DNA of 64,000 nucleotides, from assembly GCA_977016875.1 (NCBI GenBank), contig CDRNST010000146.1, positions 682,001 through 746,000 on the forward strand, read 5' to 3'. Made by a program: the position numbers and the translations under genes. Below, in pieces: positions 24,880 to 37,700 of this stretch (position 1 is its first letter; every line of letters begins with the position of its first letter). The DNA comes from Pavona decussata. Lineage: Eukaryota. The notes beneath the pieces are model-generated. The model did not search any database. It was not told the origin of the DNA and saw only the letters and a program-made list of their open reading frames with translations.

Positions 24880-25400
24880 AGCAAAATAAACAAGTATAAC
24901 TAGAGAATAACATAAACATGTATATTCCTCGTTCTAACAGTGTGAAACCACAAGCACGATTTATACATAACTTGAGGCTTTGACGAAGCAAACGAAACGT
25001 CACGCCGAACAAAAACTACTTAGAGTGCGCGCAAGTAGAGATAAACAATATATTACAAGTTTATTCTTCGTTATTCCTCGTTCTAAACTTGAAACCACAA
25101 GCACGCTTTCTATATAAGTTGAGCTTTCGAGGAAGCAAACGAAACATCGCGCGGAACAAAAACAACTTAAAGTGCGCGCTAGCCGAGGCAAACAAGATTT
25201 ACACGTATATTCGTCGTTCTAAAAGTGAGAAGGCACAACCACGCGTGCAAAACTTCAAGCTTTGAACAAGACAAACAAAACAACTAAAAGCGCGCTCTGT
25301 CAGGAAAATAAGATATACAAATAAACTCCTCGTTATAAAAGTGGGAAGCCACAACAACGCTTTCTATAGAACGCGCGTTGGCAGGCAAATAAGATATACA
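24880..25400. repeat. Degenerate tandem repeat, ~110-155-bp units
   Basis: tattcctcgttctaa...aaccacaagcacg recurs four times. Confidence 0.55.
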
Positions 25401-25402
25401 AT

Positions 25403-26160
25403 GCGCCAATTTTGTAAGAGCAGTAGCTTATTTGATTCTGCAGATTCTAGCGGAATATTAAACAATAAAATAACAAATCGAGGTTTTGATCGTCTGATCT
25501 CGGCTGGTTAGGAAGACGTGAGTGTTAAAAAAATCGATGAAAGCTGTTTATAGTTTTCGCGTTCAAGGAACTATGCACAGTTGTAAATCCGTAGTACAGA
25601 CCCAGTACATGTAAATTAAATTTCACGTTTACTTTTCTCCTTGCGACTTCGGTTGACACAAAGAACGTGGCGGCATGTAGTCTTATCAGAACAAAAGATT
25701 TATCCTTTACTGAGGGCAAACAATAAACAATTGTCTTCTTTTATCTTTTTTTAAACCCTCGATAAAGGATCAATTCTCTTAACCTATATATACTCGATGA
25801 TTCATTTATCATAAGCGGGAAAACTGGCGCTTGACTTTTTGTTGAAGTCTCAAGGGTCCTAACAACAATTTGACCAAAATGCATTTGTAATAAGAATAGT
25901 TTCACATAACCTGTCGATGATTAGACACCATACTTATCATCTCCTTTGTTGTTCTAGTGCTTTTTTGCTTCTAAATCTAGAGTTAGTCTGGGAAGTCTGG
26001 CTCTTAAAGACCTTAAAGGCGGATATGTTTAGTTCGCTAACGCCGGCGTAATTTATTTCTTTAAGTCATTCCACATATCTCATATTTCGCATAATCATAC
26101 CATTCCCCACATCATGCCAAATGCCATTCTGCAAACTCATTCCTCCTTTTACCCTCACCG
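25403..26160 (+). mobile_element. Older, 5'-truncated copy of the 9345-10630 element
   Basis: gcgccaatttt.taagagcag...catttgt..taagaatagtttcaca...ttttaccctcaccg is collinear with 9468-10630, with an internal deletion. Confidence 0.8.
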
Positions 26161-26162
26161 TC

Positions 26163-26697
26163 GAATAAAGGCCTTATCACGGTTTTCGACGCCATTTTGA
26201 CGAGTAGGCAAACAGGCTTGAAATAACAGTGTTTGTATGGAAATCTGATGTCAAATAATTTTCATAAAACATCGCTTCTCAGTGAAAAATTCATGAATTG
26301 GAAACTTTTGGCACTAGGAAAAGGATTTAAGAAAAAAAATGGAGGGATGTAGCTGTGCCAGAAATCGTCCATGATTCGTGTTTTGAACTTTCCATACATT
26401 TGTCTGTATAGCGAACCAGCCGTGAACTGCTACTAAAAATAGTTCGCGGGAAAAAATACAGGGAAATGTATGGAAAGTTCAAAACGCGACTGGAAGCTTA
26501 CTGGCACATCTACATCCTTCCATTTTTTTTCCTACAATCCTTTTCCTAGTGCCAAAAGTTTCCAATTCATGAATTTTTCAGAAGCTTTTTTTTTATGAAA
26601 ATTATTTGACATCGGATGTCCATACAAATACTGTTATTTCAAGCCTGTTTGCCTATTCGTCAAAATGTCGTCGAAAACCGTGATAAGGCCTATATTC
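26163..26697. mobile_element. Long palindromic MITE (~250-bp arms)
   Basis: aggccttatcacggttttcgacg...caggcttgaaataacag and its reverse complement at 26631-26691. Confidence 0.85.
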
Positions 26698-26699
26698 AT

Positions 26700-27883
26700 A
26701 TTATATGAACTTTCTAACAGATATCCACACATTAGGTGGAAGAGAGAGATTGCCAGAGTTGTATATGACTGATTACTCCAGGCAAAATTATATATTCTGT
26801 AATTTTCGTATAGCAGTTCACATATCACAACTCTTTTATCGTATTTGTCATTTATCAAAATCATATTATTATTTTCGTCTATGAAACCATCTAAAATTCC
26901 CTTATTATTCTAATGCAGATATTCTACATAGAATTTTTTATATTCGATGTATTTTTTGTATTGCATCACTGACAATTGCATTTTCAGAAAGCACGATAAT
27001 ATTATCCTCGACATTTAATTCAAGAATATCAATTTCAATTTCAATGATCTTTTACGACATATACCAAAAAAATATCTTGGTTATTTTTACAGGTATATGT
27101 ATGAAACTTCCGATACATCGCATCAAATGCATGGACAGAAATATTTGGACGACATTCTTCTGCCCATTTTATTTTTTCCTCAGTCGACATTTTAAGGAAA
27201 TCAGTTTTAAAAAATCCATAATGCAATAATTCATTTGATAATTTTTCGTAATCATATGTTTTGAAATCTCCTTTGCCTCTGATTCGAGACCAGATGTAGT
27301 CAAACACACAGTGGTTCTCACCATATGATTTGGCAGCACCAATATTTTTCAGAATATATGAAATCAATTATTTTGATTGACTCATAAGATGGCCGAGAAC
27401 TTCCTGCTCAGAATTGACCACAACGTCTCCGCCAAGTTTTGTTTTTAAATTCTCCTGACTGGACAGCGAAACCACTATTCAACAGAATATAATCAAATAT
27501 TTATAAAAATCATTTCGCAATATCTGTGGCACTTTTACAGTCAATGGACCACTCCGAGTTATATTAAGATTATCTTGAATGCCAAATGTGACGATCTCAA
27601 TATCGAACGTTACGGTAACATCTAATTTGGCTTCTTCAATATTAACGATACAAGATCCGAACATATCTATAAACGCTGAATTTTTCAAACCACGCGGAAC
27701 AAACAGTTGTTCCTCTCTTCTGAACTGGTCAAGTGATGCATTTACAATTAGCAAAGTAACAATCAGGTTTTCATTCATTATATTATTATCGTTAGATAAA
27801 TCTGTTTGATTAAATAAAGTCGGTACGTGATCAAAACCGCTCCCCACCGCTCGGGTCGATTGTGACATGGCCGCACTCTCCAC
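26700..27883 (-). pseudogene. Decayed intronless ORF, possibly derived from a virus or Polinton-like element
   Basis: Three collinear minus-strand protein-like segments (27883-27479, 27367-27041, ~26950-26700): CVFDYIW, ISVHAFDAMYRKF, LVYVVKDH, FAWSNQSYTTLAISLF...SSYN. Confidence 0.35.
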
Positions 27884-27926
27884 TCATACACACAGCTTGA
27901 TGACGGGGGACGTTCGCTACCAAACC

Positions 27927-27929
<3 letters not shown>

Positions 27930-27987
<58 letters not shown>
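27930..27987. repeat. (AG)n microsatellite
   Basis: About 29 AG units. Confidence 0.97.
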
Positions 27988-27991
<4 letters not shown>

Positions 27992-28771
27992 AATTTTTCC
28001 CAGATAATTTTTCTATTTTTTCTATATTTTAATAAAGGGATAATTCTTTAAGTGTATTTGGATTTTTCTGCAAATTTGTTTGGCGATATTTTTGCTTGTT
28101 ATTTTTTCGCAAACTTTTTCTATGGTCGGTCGATGCATGGTCAGTGAAATGATCCCTTTATAAGCGTGCTTAGAGGATATAACAACCGTTAGGGTTCTGC
28201 TATGATCGCATCGATCCTATAAACTTCAAAATGATATATTGTGCCGTGATCCCACATGATAGCTGCAATCTCCCAACCGCAGAGAAAATATCAGAATAAT
28301 CATATGGAAATCACTGTTAGAAATACAGTGGAACACGATTCACTCTGAATACGGAAACGCCAAAGTGTCCGTATCATTCCTGTGTCCGTATCAAAAAAAT
28401 GACGAGACCACGGACCGAACAAGCTAGTCCAATAAGGTTTTTTGTATAGACACTTCCTTGCTTGTTGCTTTCTAGTCCGCGTAAAACTTGTTTATGTTCA
28501 AGCAGTGCGAGAAAAAGTGCAAGGAAGTAAAAACTGTCGTGTAGTAGAAACACATAGTAAAAACTATGTACGAAATGGTCTATTACAATGAGTTTGCATG
28601 TCATAAGTCAATCTAATCTATACAGTAAACAGAAGCCCCAGGGTTTCTTTGACGCTGGTCACAGACGTTTATTTAAACCACGATTTTACTGTGGTTCATA
28701 CTGTATTCCATTATCTTTATCATATGTTCACTCGCTAAGTGCTTTATTTTATCACTTTTAGATCTAGAGTC

Positions 28772-31700
28772 ATGTTAAGGAATGGATACAAGAAGATCAC
28801 CAACGATGCCGACACGAAAAAAGCCAGCTTTGTGTCACTTCTTTTCTTTCAATGGATGAATAATGTCTTCAAGACGGGCAGCGAACGAGCTCTACAGGAA
28901 AACGATTTCTTACCTCTCCTAGAGGACAACACTTCAAACTTTGTCATCACAAGCCTTCAGGCGAAATGGGAAAAAGAAGAAATCAAGTGCAAAGAAAATG
29001 GTAAAAAACCTAAACTTTGGAAAAGCGTCGTAAAAATGCCCTCTACTAAAGACGTGGTGCTCATTGTCTCAACCGGAGCCATGTTCGCACTAAGTCGCAT
29101 TCTTCAACCATTACTGCTCGGTTATGTTATGGTTTCTCTGATGTCAGCGACACCCCAACATAATTATCTTCTCTACGGTTGCGCAATAGCTATGGGCTTC
29201 AATGAGTTGATCGGTGCCCTCAGTCTGCACCATCTTGGCTACAGATGTGAGGTGATGGGTATCAGAATTGGCAGTGCCTTAAAAGGGCTTGTTTATCACA
29301 AGGTAAGCACAAAAGTATTGATAGTAACATGCTTAAAGGCTTGTTTGTCACGAAGTAATTGCAAAATTACTAATAAATACGTGTTAGTTCACGTAAGCTT
29401 GAACAGTCAAATGATTGACAGTTCTCAAGTGTTCATGCAACTACTTATATCGGNNNNNNNNNNNNNNNNNNNNNNNNNNNNNNNNNNNNNNNNNNNNNNN
29501 NNNNNNNNNNNNNNNNNNNNNNNNNNNNNNNNNNNNNNNNNNNNNNNNNNNNNNNNNNNNNNNNNNNNNNNNNNNNNNNNNNNNNNNNNNNNNNNNNNNN
29601 NNNNNNNNNNNNNNNNNNNNNNNNTTGGTGCATTGGGTACAGTCTCGGGATTTGGTAAATGGTGGAAAATGCTGGGGATGCCCTACAACACGGATCTCTT
29701 GCAGCGTGTGTGTTTTGCTGGGGGCCGCCAGCCTGAGAAAAGTGGAAGACGCTGTTTTTTTTTAAATATTAATGCATGGCAGTTAGTAAACGAAAGAACA
29801 GAACGTGCAGAGGATGCTTAAGGCCACAGGTGGTGGCCCGATGCTCAACAAAAGACTTTCTGCTCAAGCAATGACTGCATGATTAACACAAATAATAATA
29901 ACAATAATAATAAATATTATTGTACTGTAATATAATCAGAAATCATTAAGGAACGGAATCAATAATAACAAGATCACTAAATTAGCAAACGTTGAAAGTA
30001 GCTAGATAACTTCCAACGCATTTCTTAAAAATATTGACATTATTTCTTATTTGAAAACACCGTGAAAGGCAGCTTCATAGTCCAAAAAATATACAGCAAA
30101 TAACTTCTTAAGTCAATATACAACTTTGGTCATAAAATATTGTAAGATTTTTCCCGTGTAAAAACTCGTGCCAGTGCTTGTATACAAATAATTGGAAACT
30201 CAGCTGAACAATAATTGGTGGGCTTTATGAGTTTAAACGGTTATCTTTCACAACAATAATTCAAAAGTCCTGTTTACAATTACCTTTCAGGGGAATCATT
30301 CATAAGTCCATCTCGAGATTAAACACGCCTTTCTAAGTTAACATCCTTTATCAAAACCTATTTTTTGTTCTTTGTCATAGTTCCCCGTGAGTACGGATGG
30401 TCTCGAAGTGTTAACATCACACCTGTTTGTTATTTATTGTTTACAGTGTTAATTGCAACCAGCCTATGCCACTTTACAATGAAAAAAATTAATTATAACT
30501 AATCTTTCTGCAATTTTTAGATACTTCTCCTGAGCAAGACTGCACTGTTTGAGTTTACAACTGGACACGTGATCGACCTTGTATCAAACGATGTTCAGCG
30601 TCTGGACGAGCATACCATCAATTTTATGTTGTATGGAGTTTTTTCGTTTCTTCAACTCATAGTGGCAGCATTTTTGATGGCCTATTTGATTGGCTGGCAG
30701 AGTCTACTAGGAGTCACATCTTTTTGCCTTCTTCTGCCATATTTCGCCATTTTATCCCATGTTGGTGCTAAATTACGCAATCACACTGCCTTGGTATCCG
30801 ATTGTCGCATCTCCTTAATGAATCAAGCAGTTGCTGGGATCCGCGCCATCAAAACGCATGCGTGGGAGGATGAATACAGAAAAAAGATAAAAGATGCCCG
30901 AAGGTAGGCCACCCACTTCTCTGGTATGTTATGCAATTACTCTATCTGGTCGAAATTAAATCCACCTATTGGGAGCATTTATCAGCAGTGGTATTTTGGC
31001 GGGAATTGACTTTGAAAGTGCCATCTTTTATATTAGTTTGTTACGTCAAGAGTTTTTATTCAAACGATGTAAAATCATACATTACCGGAAGGCTTATGAA
31101 TCACAAATTCAGGGAGGGAAAAAAGATCTGGTGATACAGCGTGTTTTAGCAATGGTAAAATGAAGTTTAAAATTAATGATATTACGCAATATGATTACTA
31201 TGACTAGGAAAAATTCAAATGGAGATATCAAAAAGATTTCTGGATCAACCCCACTTCTCGTTCTTACATTTTTATTTAATATACGAAGTTTGATTAATAA
31301 GGTTGATGATCTGCAGCAGTACCTTGCAGACATTGAGCACATTTTTCAGTCATGAGCAATAGTGAAAAATGGATCGACAACAACACTGAATCAATAGTAA
31401 TAGAACAACGAAAACCGGAGGAGGGGTGGCAATGATTGTATCATCATCAATTAATTATTTAGTGTTCAAACCGACTTAAATACAGTATTCAGTTTTAAAG
31501 AAGAAATCTTAGAAAGTATTTTCATAGAAGCTAGCAGAGAAGGAAAAGATAAAATTATAATAGTAGCAGTTTATAAACCACCATGCAATAATTATGATGA
31601 TTTTGAAAAGCTATTGAATTGACAAAAGAAAACTTGCATATTTAAATGAGAGATTTTAATTTTGATTTACTAAAATATGAACACAATAATAACACAAACG

Positions 31701-34700
31701 GATTATTAACCAAATGTATAGCTCTCACACTTACCCTGCTATTAACAAGCCAATAATCTAGATAACTATTGGCATAGCGACAATAATCGATGATATATTT
31801 ATTAATGATATAGACGTCAGCTGTATAGATGGAATTTTGATTAATGATTTCTTAGATCACTTACCAGTATAGCAACTGTTACCCTTAAAAAAGTACGGAA
31901 CATAAACCAAAGAAATTATATATAAAGCGAGAAATGACAAAAGAAATCTGGATAAATTGCGAGACAAAGTTCAAAATATTGCCTGGGACTACCTTAATTA
32001 TACTTATGATGTTGATTATGCTTATAGACACTTTCAGGGTACATTTTTGAATTTATAAAACATCTGTATTCCAGAAAAGCAATGCTTAGAAAAGAAATTT
32101 AAAGCCAAAATGAAACCTTTTGTAACGAAGAAATTCATTAAATCTTGACAAGTAAAAAAAAAAATAAATAAACTGTGCATAAAATGTTTTAGGGGGTGTT
32201 TACATGATACCGGTGCGACTTTCATTCCGGTACGAGTTCAATCCAAATCCCTCTTGTGGCTCTTTATTCGTTTACATGATACAAGCACAAAATCTCATAC
32301 CAGAGCGAGTCATACCGGTGCGAGTTCACCCCGGTAACTGTACCGGGGCGAGATTTTCATTCCGGTACGAAAACTCATTCCGATGTCATGTAAACGCGGT
32401 ATGGCTGTTCGCTCCAGCATGAAATCACTCTTCTGGGAGTCTGGAACAGGTAGCGCACGCGCATTCTTTGACATCTATTCCAATATGGCGTCACCTGGGC
32501 GTCACAATGACGTTTGTCGACATAAAGTGTCCATTCATGTTAACACGGTATGAAATCACAATGTCATACCGGTATCAAACTCGCACCGGGGCGAGTTTTC
32601 ACATGTAAACACCCCCTTAGTTGTGGAACAGAAACTTGAAACAAAATACTATCGTAATCGATTGAATAAGCTAAGAAATATTCTAAAGAAAAACTGCTAT
32701 GAACAAAAGTTTAAGATTTTAATAGGAAACATTACACAACTTGGGAACTAATTAGTGAGATAGTTAAAAGAAAAAGAAAGAACCACTTAATATCACAGAA
32801 TTTAAACATAACAAGCCAGTTACTGATCGCAGAGAGATTGTCAACAGATTTAATGATTATTGAATGTTGGATATGACTTGGCAAGAAAGTTAAATATTTT
32901 ACAAAAGTTTAACATTCAAAAACTACTTGAAAGGAAATTTTATGGATTCAAGGCTGTTTTCACCTGTATTAGAAAATCGTGATACATAAAAAAGATGTGG
33001 ACATGACAATGTCATACCGAAGGCAGTGAAATATCTAGCAGCAGAACGAGTTGTACCATTAACAGACATCATAAATCTGACTTAACAGGGAAAATACCTA
33101 TGGACGTGAAATTTAAATCGTTGTGCCTGTATACAAACAGGCGATAGCCAAAAATTCAGCAATTATAGACCCATTTCTCTGCTTCCCTGTTTTTCCAAAG
33201 TATTGGTAAAAAATTAGGTACAAGAAACTAATAAGTTACGCAAACAAACTAGGAATTCTCAATGAACATCAATTCGATTTTAGAAAAAAATCATTCAACA
33301 AGTTTTGCGAGATAGATCACAAAAGCATCAGATAACACAGAATTTGCAGTTGGGGTTTTTCTAGATCTGTCTGAGGAATTTGATACCGTCAATTTTATTT
33401 TGTTATTGCAAAAAACTTGAGCATTATGGTGTTAGAGGAATAGCATTGAATTGGTTTGAACATTATGTAGCCAAGCGTTACCAGTGTGTGAGATATAATA
33501 ATGAGGTATCTCAGAAAAAAGAATGTTTTGTTGCACCTTAAGGCTCCATCAAGGGTCCCCTGTTATTTTTAATATACATAAATGACATGAGTCAGAGCTC
33601 AGAGCTGATATATTTCACACTGTTTGCTGACGATACAAATTTGTTAATATCACACAAGGATCCAAACACTTAAATAATTCAAATGAATGAAAAATATCCA
33701 CTAAATAAACTGTCGCTTAATCTTACAAAAACCCACTTTATACTTTTCAAATGTTCGAGAAAAAAAGCTGAGAAATAAATTCACTATTAATAAAAAAAAA
33801 AATAATAATAATTTCTCAAGTAAGACACAAAATTCCTTCGTGTAATAATTGATAAACATTTGAGCTAGAACGAACATATTAACAACGTTACAAACAAAAT
33901 ATCGAAACGTACGAGACTATTTTGTAAAGCTAAACATATTGTAACACGATCATTACTAAAATCAGTTAACTACACTTTAACTTACCCTTATATATTTTAT
34001 GGAAATGTTGAATGGGCTAACACGTACCAATCCCACCTAGACAAGATATATAGACTACAAAAGAAAATAGTACGAATAACAATTTTTAAGGATTATAACC
34101 GCAGTTCAAAAACGTTATTTTATGAATTAAATTTTCCTACAGTGCTTACACCCGAACCGTGAACATTCAAGGCTTTTCTTCGCCTTTTTTTTCAAATGCT
34201 GTCCAATCTGAAACTCCCTTGAAAACATTGAATCCGACCTCTTTTTAACAACATTTAATCAGAAAAAAGATTTAAAGTTCTTGGCGAGTGATAAATTTTC
34301 TTTAGTCTGTATTGCAGAGAGAGAAAAAGTCCAAAAAAGCCTTAACCGTTCACGGTTCGAGTGTACGCACTGTAATGTGTATCAAGTAAACTACTTTGTT
34401 TTCGGAAATTTTATGAATCAGTATTTAAAGAAGTAACTGTCAACAGCGTTAATGTCGCCATTTTATATAAGCTTGAGACAAGGCATTCTTGGAAAACAGG
34501 TCAAGTTTTCTTTAGGATTCAGAATTGTTGTATGCATTTTGATATTGATAGTTTATCTTGAACTTTTATTTGTATCGACCTGATGAATCGTTACCGTGTA
34601 AAGATAAATAAAGATGAAGAAATACATAATTATAACACGCCGTCAATAAAAAAGATGCGCAAACCAGTGAGCAAAACAACTTTTAGAAAATTCACTACAT

Positions 34701-37700
34701 GTAATAAGGGAATAGGCATTTACAAAAGTTTACCATGTCATTTAAGAGAAAATCAATGCAGTTTTAAACGAAGATTTAAAAAGGTCATTCTTGCAAATCA
34801 AAAGTGGAAAGTAAGGTTATCCTGCTTTATGTTAACAAATCAAGCAGCATCTCTTCGTCTAGCTTTTTTACCGAAATGCAAATATGTTATACTGCAACTT
34901 AAAAGTCATGAAGATAATATTTTGATACTAGTGAATGTGGGTCTGAGGCTTTCAGCTCAAGATCATACGACTTTTCTTAAGAAATGTTAATGTAACGATA
35001 CGTGTGAGTGATTTTTGGCAAATAATAAAATTAGAATTGTAGATAAAGACATTGTTTGTGCATTAGGGTAGTATACAACACTGATCATGTTTGATATTGT
35101 GACCCCATCTTCTTCTTCTTCTTCCTCTTCCACACAGTGCATGACAGTAGTAAACTTAATGATAGATATATTGCCATACATTTTCTCCACGTTTTTTTAC
35201 ATCATATTAGAGCACAAAGCCTATTTCTGGAATAAGTATGGAGCTTTCTAAGCCAATACATCCTTTGGCTGCAGTGCAAATCTGAAGTACTGAAGTAAAG
35301 TCTGTTTTTTTTTACAGACAGGAAATTGACGTCATCCGTAAGAAGAGTGCTGTTCTTTCAGGTGTTTTTGCTTTGGAATACACCTCAGCACCAATGGCGA
35401 CCCTGGTGTCTGTCATCACTCTTGTGCTAACTGGTCAGTACCTCACACCCGTTTCAGTTTTCATGCTCCTCGCTTTTATCAATATTCTAAGACTGGCCCT
35501 TTGCACCGACTTGGCCAATGGTTTGCTGGACGCGTACGACGCTTATGTTTCTCTCGGCAGAGTGGAAGACTTTCTTCTTTTAGAAAACCTTCCGTTAATC
35601 TCAGAAAACCTTCCGTTAATCTCCAGAGACCAGACTTCTAATGAAGAAAGTGACACTGACAGCAGCGTTTCGGATTTAAACAAAACAAGTCTGACAGTTC
35701 ACCAGAGAGAAAAGCAAGAACCTAATAACACGGAAGATTTGCAAAAACCAACATCTTTACATGTCAGGAATTTGACACATAAGCAAATTAAGCGAGAAGA
35801 CAAATTTATCCTGCAAGACATTACGTTCACCGCTGCGCCAGAAAGTATGACGGTCATCACGGGACCAGTAGGCAGTGGAAAATCTACTCTTCTTTCAGCA
35901 ATCGCTGGTGAGATCCCAGACATAGCCGGCACTATTAGCTGGAAAGGAACTCTTGTGTACGTGCCCCAAATAGCTTGGGTGTTCTCTGGAACTATAAGAG
36001 AAAACATATTGTTTGGTGAACCATACGATGAAGCCAAGTACACCAGAGTTATTGAGGCATGTAGCCTAAGGGAAGACATCCAACAGTTTCCTGACAGTGA
36101 CCAAATAGTTGTAGGGGAACGCGGTGAAGTTCTTAGCGGAGGCCAGCGGGCGAGAGTAAGCTTAGCTCGAGCTGTCTACGCAGACGCAGATATTTACCTA
36201 TTGGATGACCCGCTGAGTGCTGTGGATTTCAAAGTTGGCAAACATATCTTTGAAAAATGTATCAAAGGCCTATTGGGTTTGAAAACTCGACTAATAACGT
36301 CTCACCAAGAACAACTCATCAAAGAAGCCGACAAGGTGATTGTGCTGTACAAAGGTAGTGTGTTGGGAAAAGGAGGCTTCACTGAGGTAAAAGAGGACGG
36401 TATTTTGAATACAACTGTTGACCCGATCTATAAGGAACTAAATCAAAATGAACCAGATGCTAACATTGGTGGAGATAATGAAGAGAAAGAGGTCGTTTCC
36501 GGCGACGTTGGTGGAACTGTTCTCCAAACCAATGAAGTTAAGGGTATCCAAATATCAGAAGAAGATCGCACAATAGGAGTGGTGTCCTCGAAGCTTTACT
36601 GGAACTATTTCAGGAGTGGCATATCTGTGCTTCTAATCTTCGCAGTAATTTGTTTGTGCCTTATGACCCAAGGTTAGGATTGGAAAGATGACTGAATAAA
36701 AATAATGTTACTTTGCGCAAACTTAAGTCAGTGGTGTTTAGTGGCGTTTGTGTGGTCGTATTTTATGTCATGTATGACGTGTCGCAGCACAGCCGGACAG
36801 GCATCAGCATTCCTAGAATCGACTTCAGATTATTTTCGTTAACAACACAATATTTGTGATGTTTTGGTTTTTGGGCATGGTGAATAAATGTTAGATGCAT
36901 TTTTTTTCCAGTAAGTGACACAAGCACTCTCGGAAAAACAAAATCCGAATTTTCCCGATAGGATTCGAACCTATGAACTTCCCATTACTAGTTGGGATGC
37001 TCCGACCACTGAGCTACAGGAGACTCGTGGGATCTTGGCCATTTAACCAGTTTCATGTCAGAAAAATCCTACATACTACCTATAAGTGATGTGTTAAGCC
37101 TGATGAATAAATGCTAGATTAATTTTACGGTCAGTAATACAGGCATACTCGGAAAAAGGAAATCCGAGATCTTGGTCCCAAATTGTTGTCAAAACTCACT
37201 CACAGTTTCCTAAATCGGCAAACCGTCTTTATCAGGGCACCTGGAGGAAAAGCTTTTATTGAAGTATCGTTTAGATATCAGTCGTTTGTCAAAGAAAGTA
37301 CACTTTGTTTACTTGATATTTCATGTTAATCATGCCATGGAACAGTGTCTTTCGCATATCTCACTGATTCTAACTTTATCTTATTTTTAGGATTGTTGGT
37401 CTCCTGTGACGTATGGCTCTCATTTTTGACAAAGAAGCACCCAGACGATCAGCGCAACACAATGAATCTTATTGTCTATGGTTGCCTAGTCAGCACCTCC
37501 TTCATGTTTGCTTTTATTCGAGCATACGGAGTTATGTCTCTTTCCTTAAGATGTTCTGAATGCCTTCATGACAGAATGGTTGTGGCTGTTTTAAAAGCAT
37601 CCGTCCTTTTCTTTGATTCAAATCCAGTGGGAAGAATCTTGAACAGGTTTTCTAAAGATGTAGGCTGCATTGATGAGGTATTACCTAAAACATTGCTGAT

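Larger units (their letters stand above)
31230..34810 (+). mobile_element. Decayed CR1/L2-like LINE (APE endonuclease plus RT) in ABCC intron 2
   Basis: Broken frames: [67 protein letters not shown]. Confidence 0.85.

Noticed and set aside
27930-27987. (AG)n as a Polinton terminus for the adjacent decayed ORF
   Set aside because: The orientation is wrong for a right-hand end and there is no matching partner terminus.
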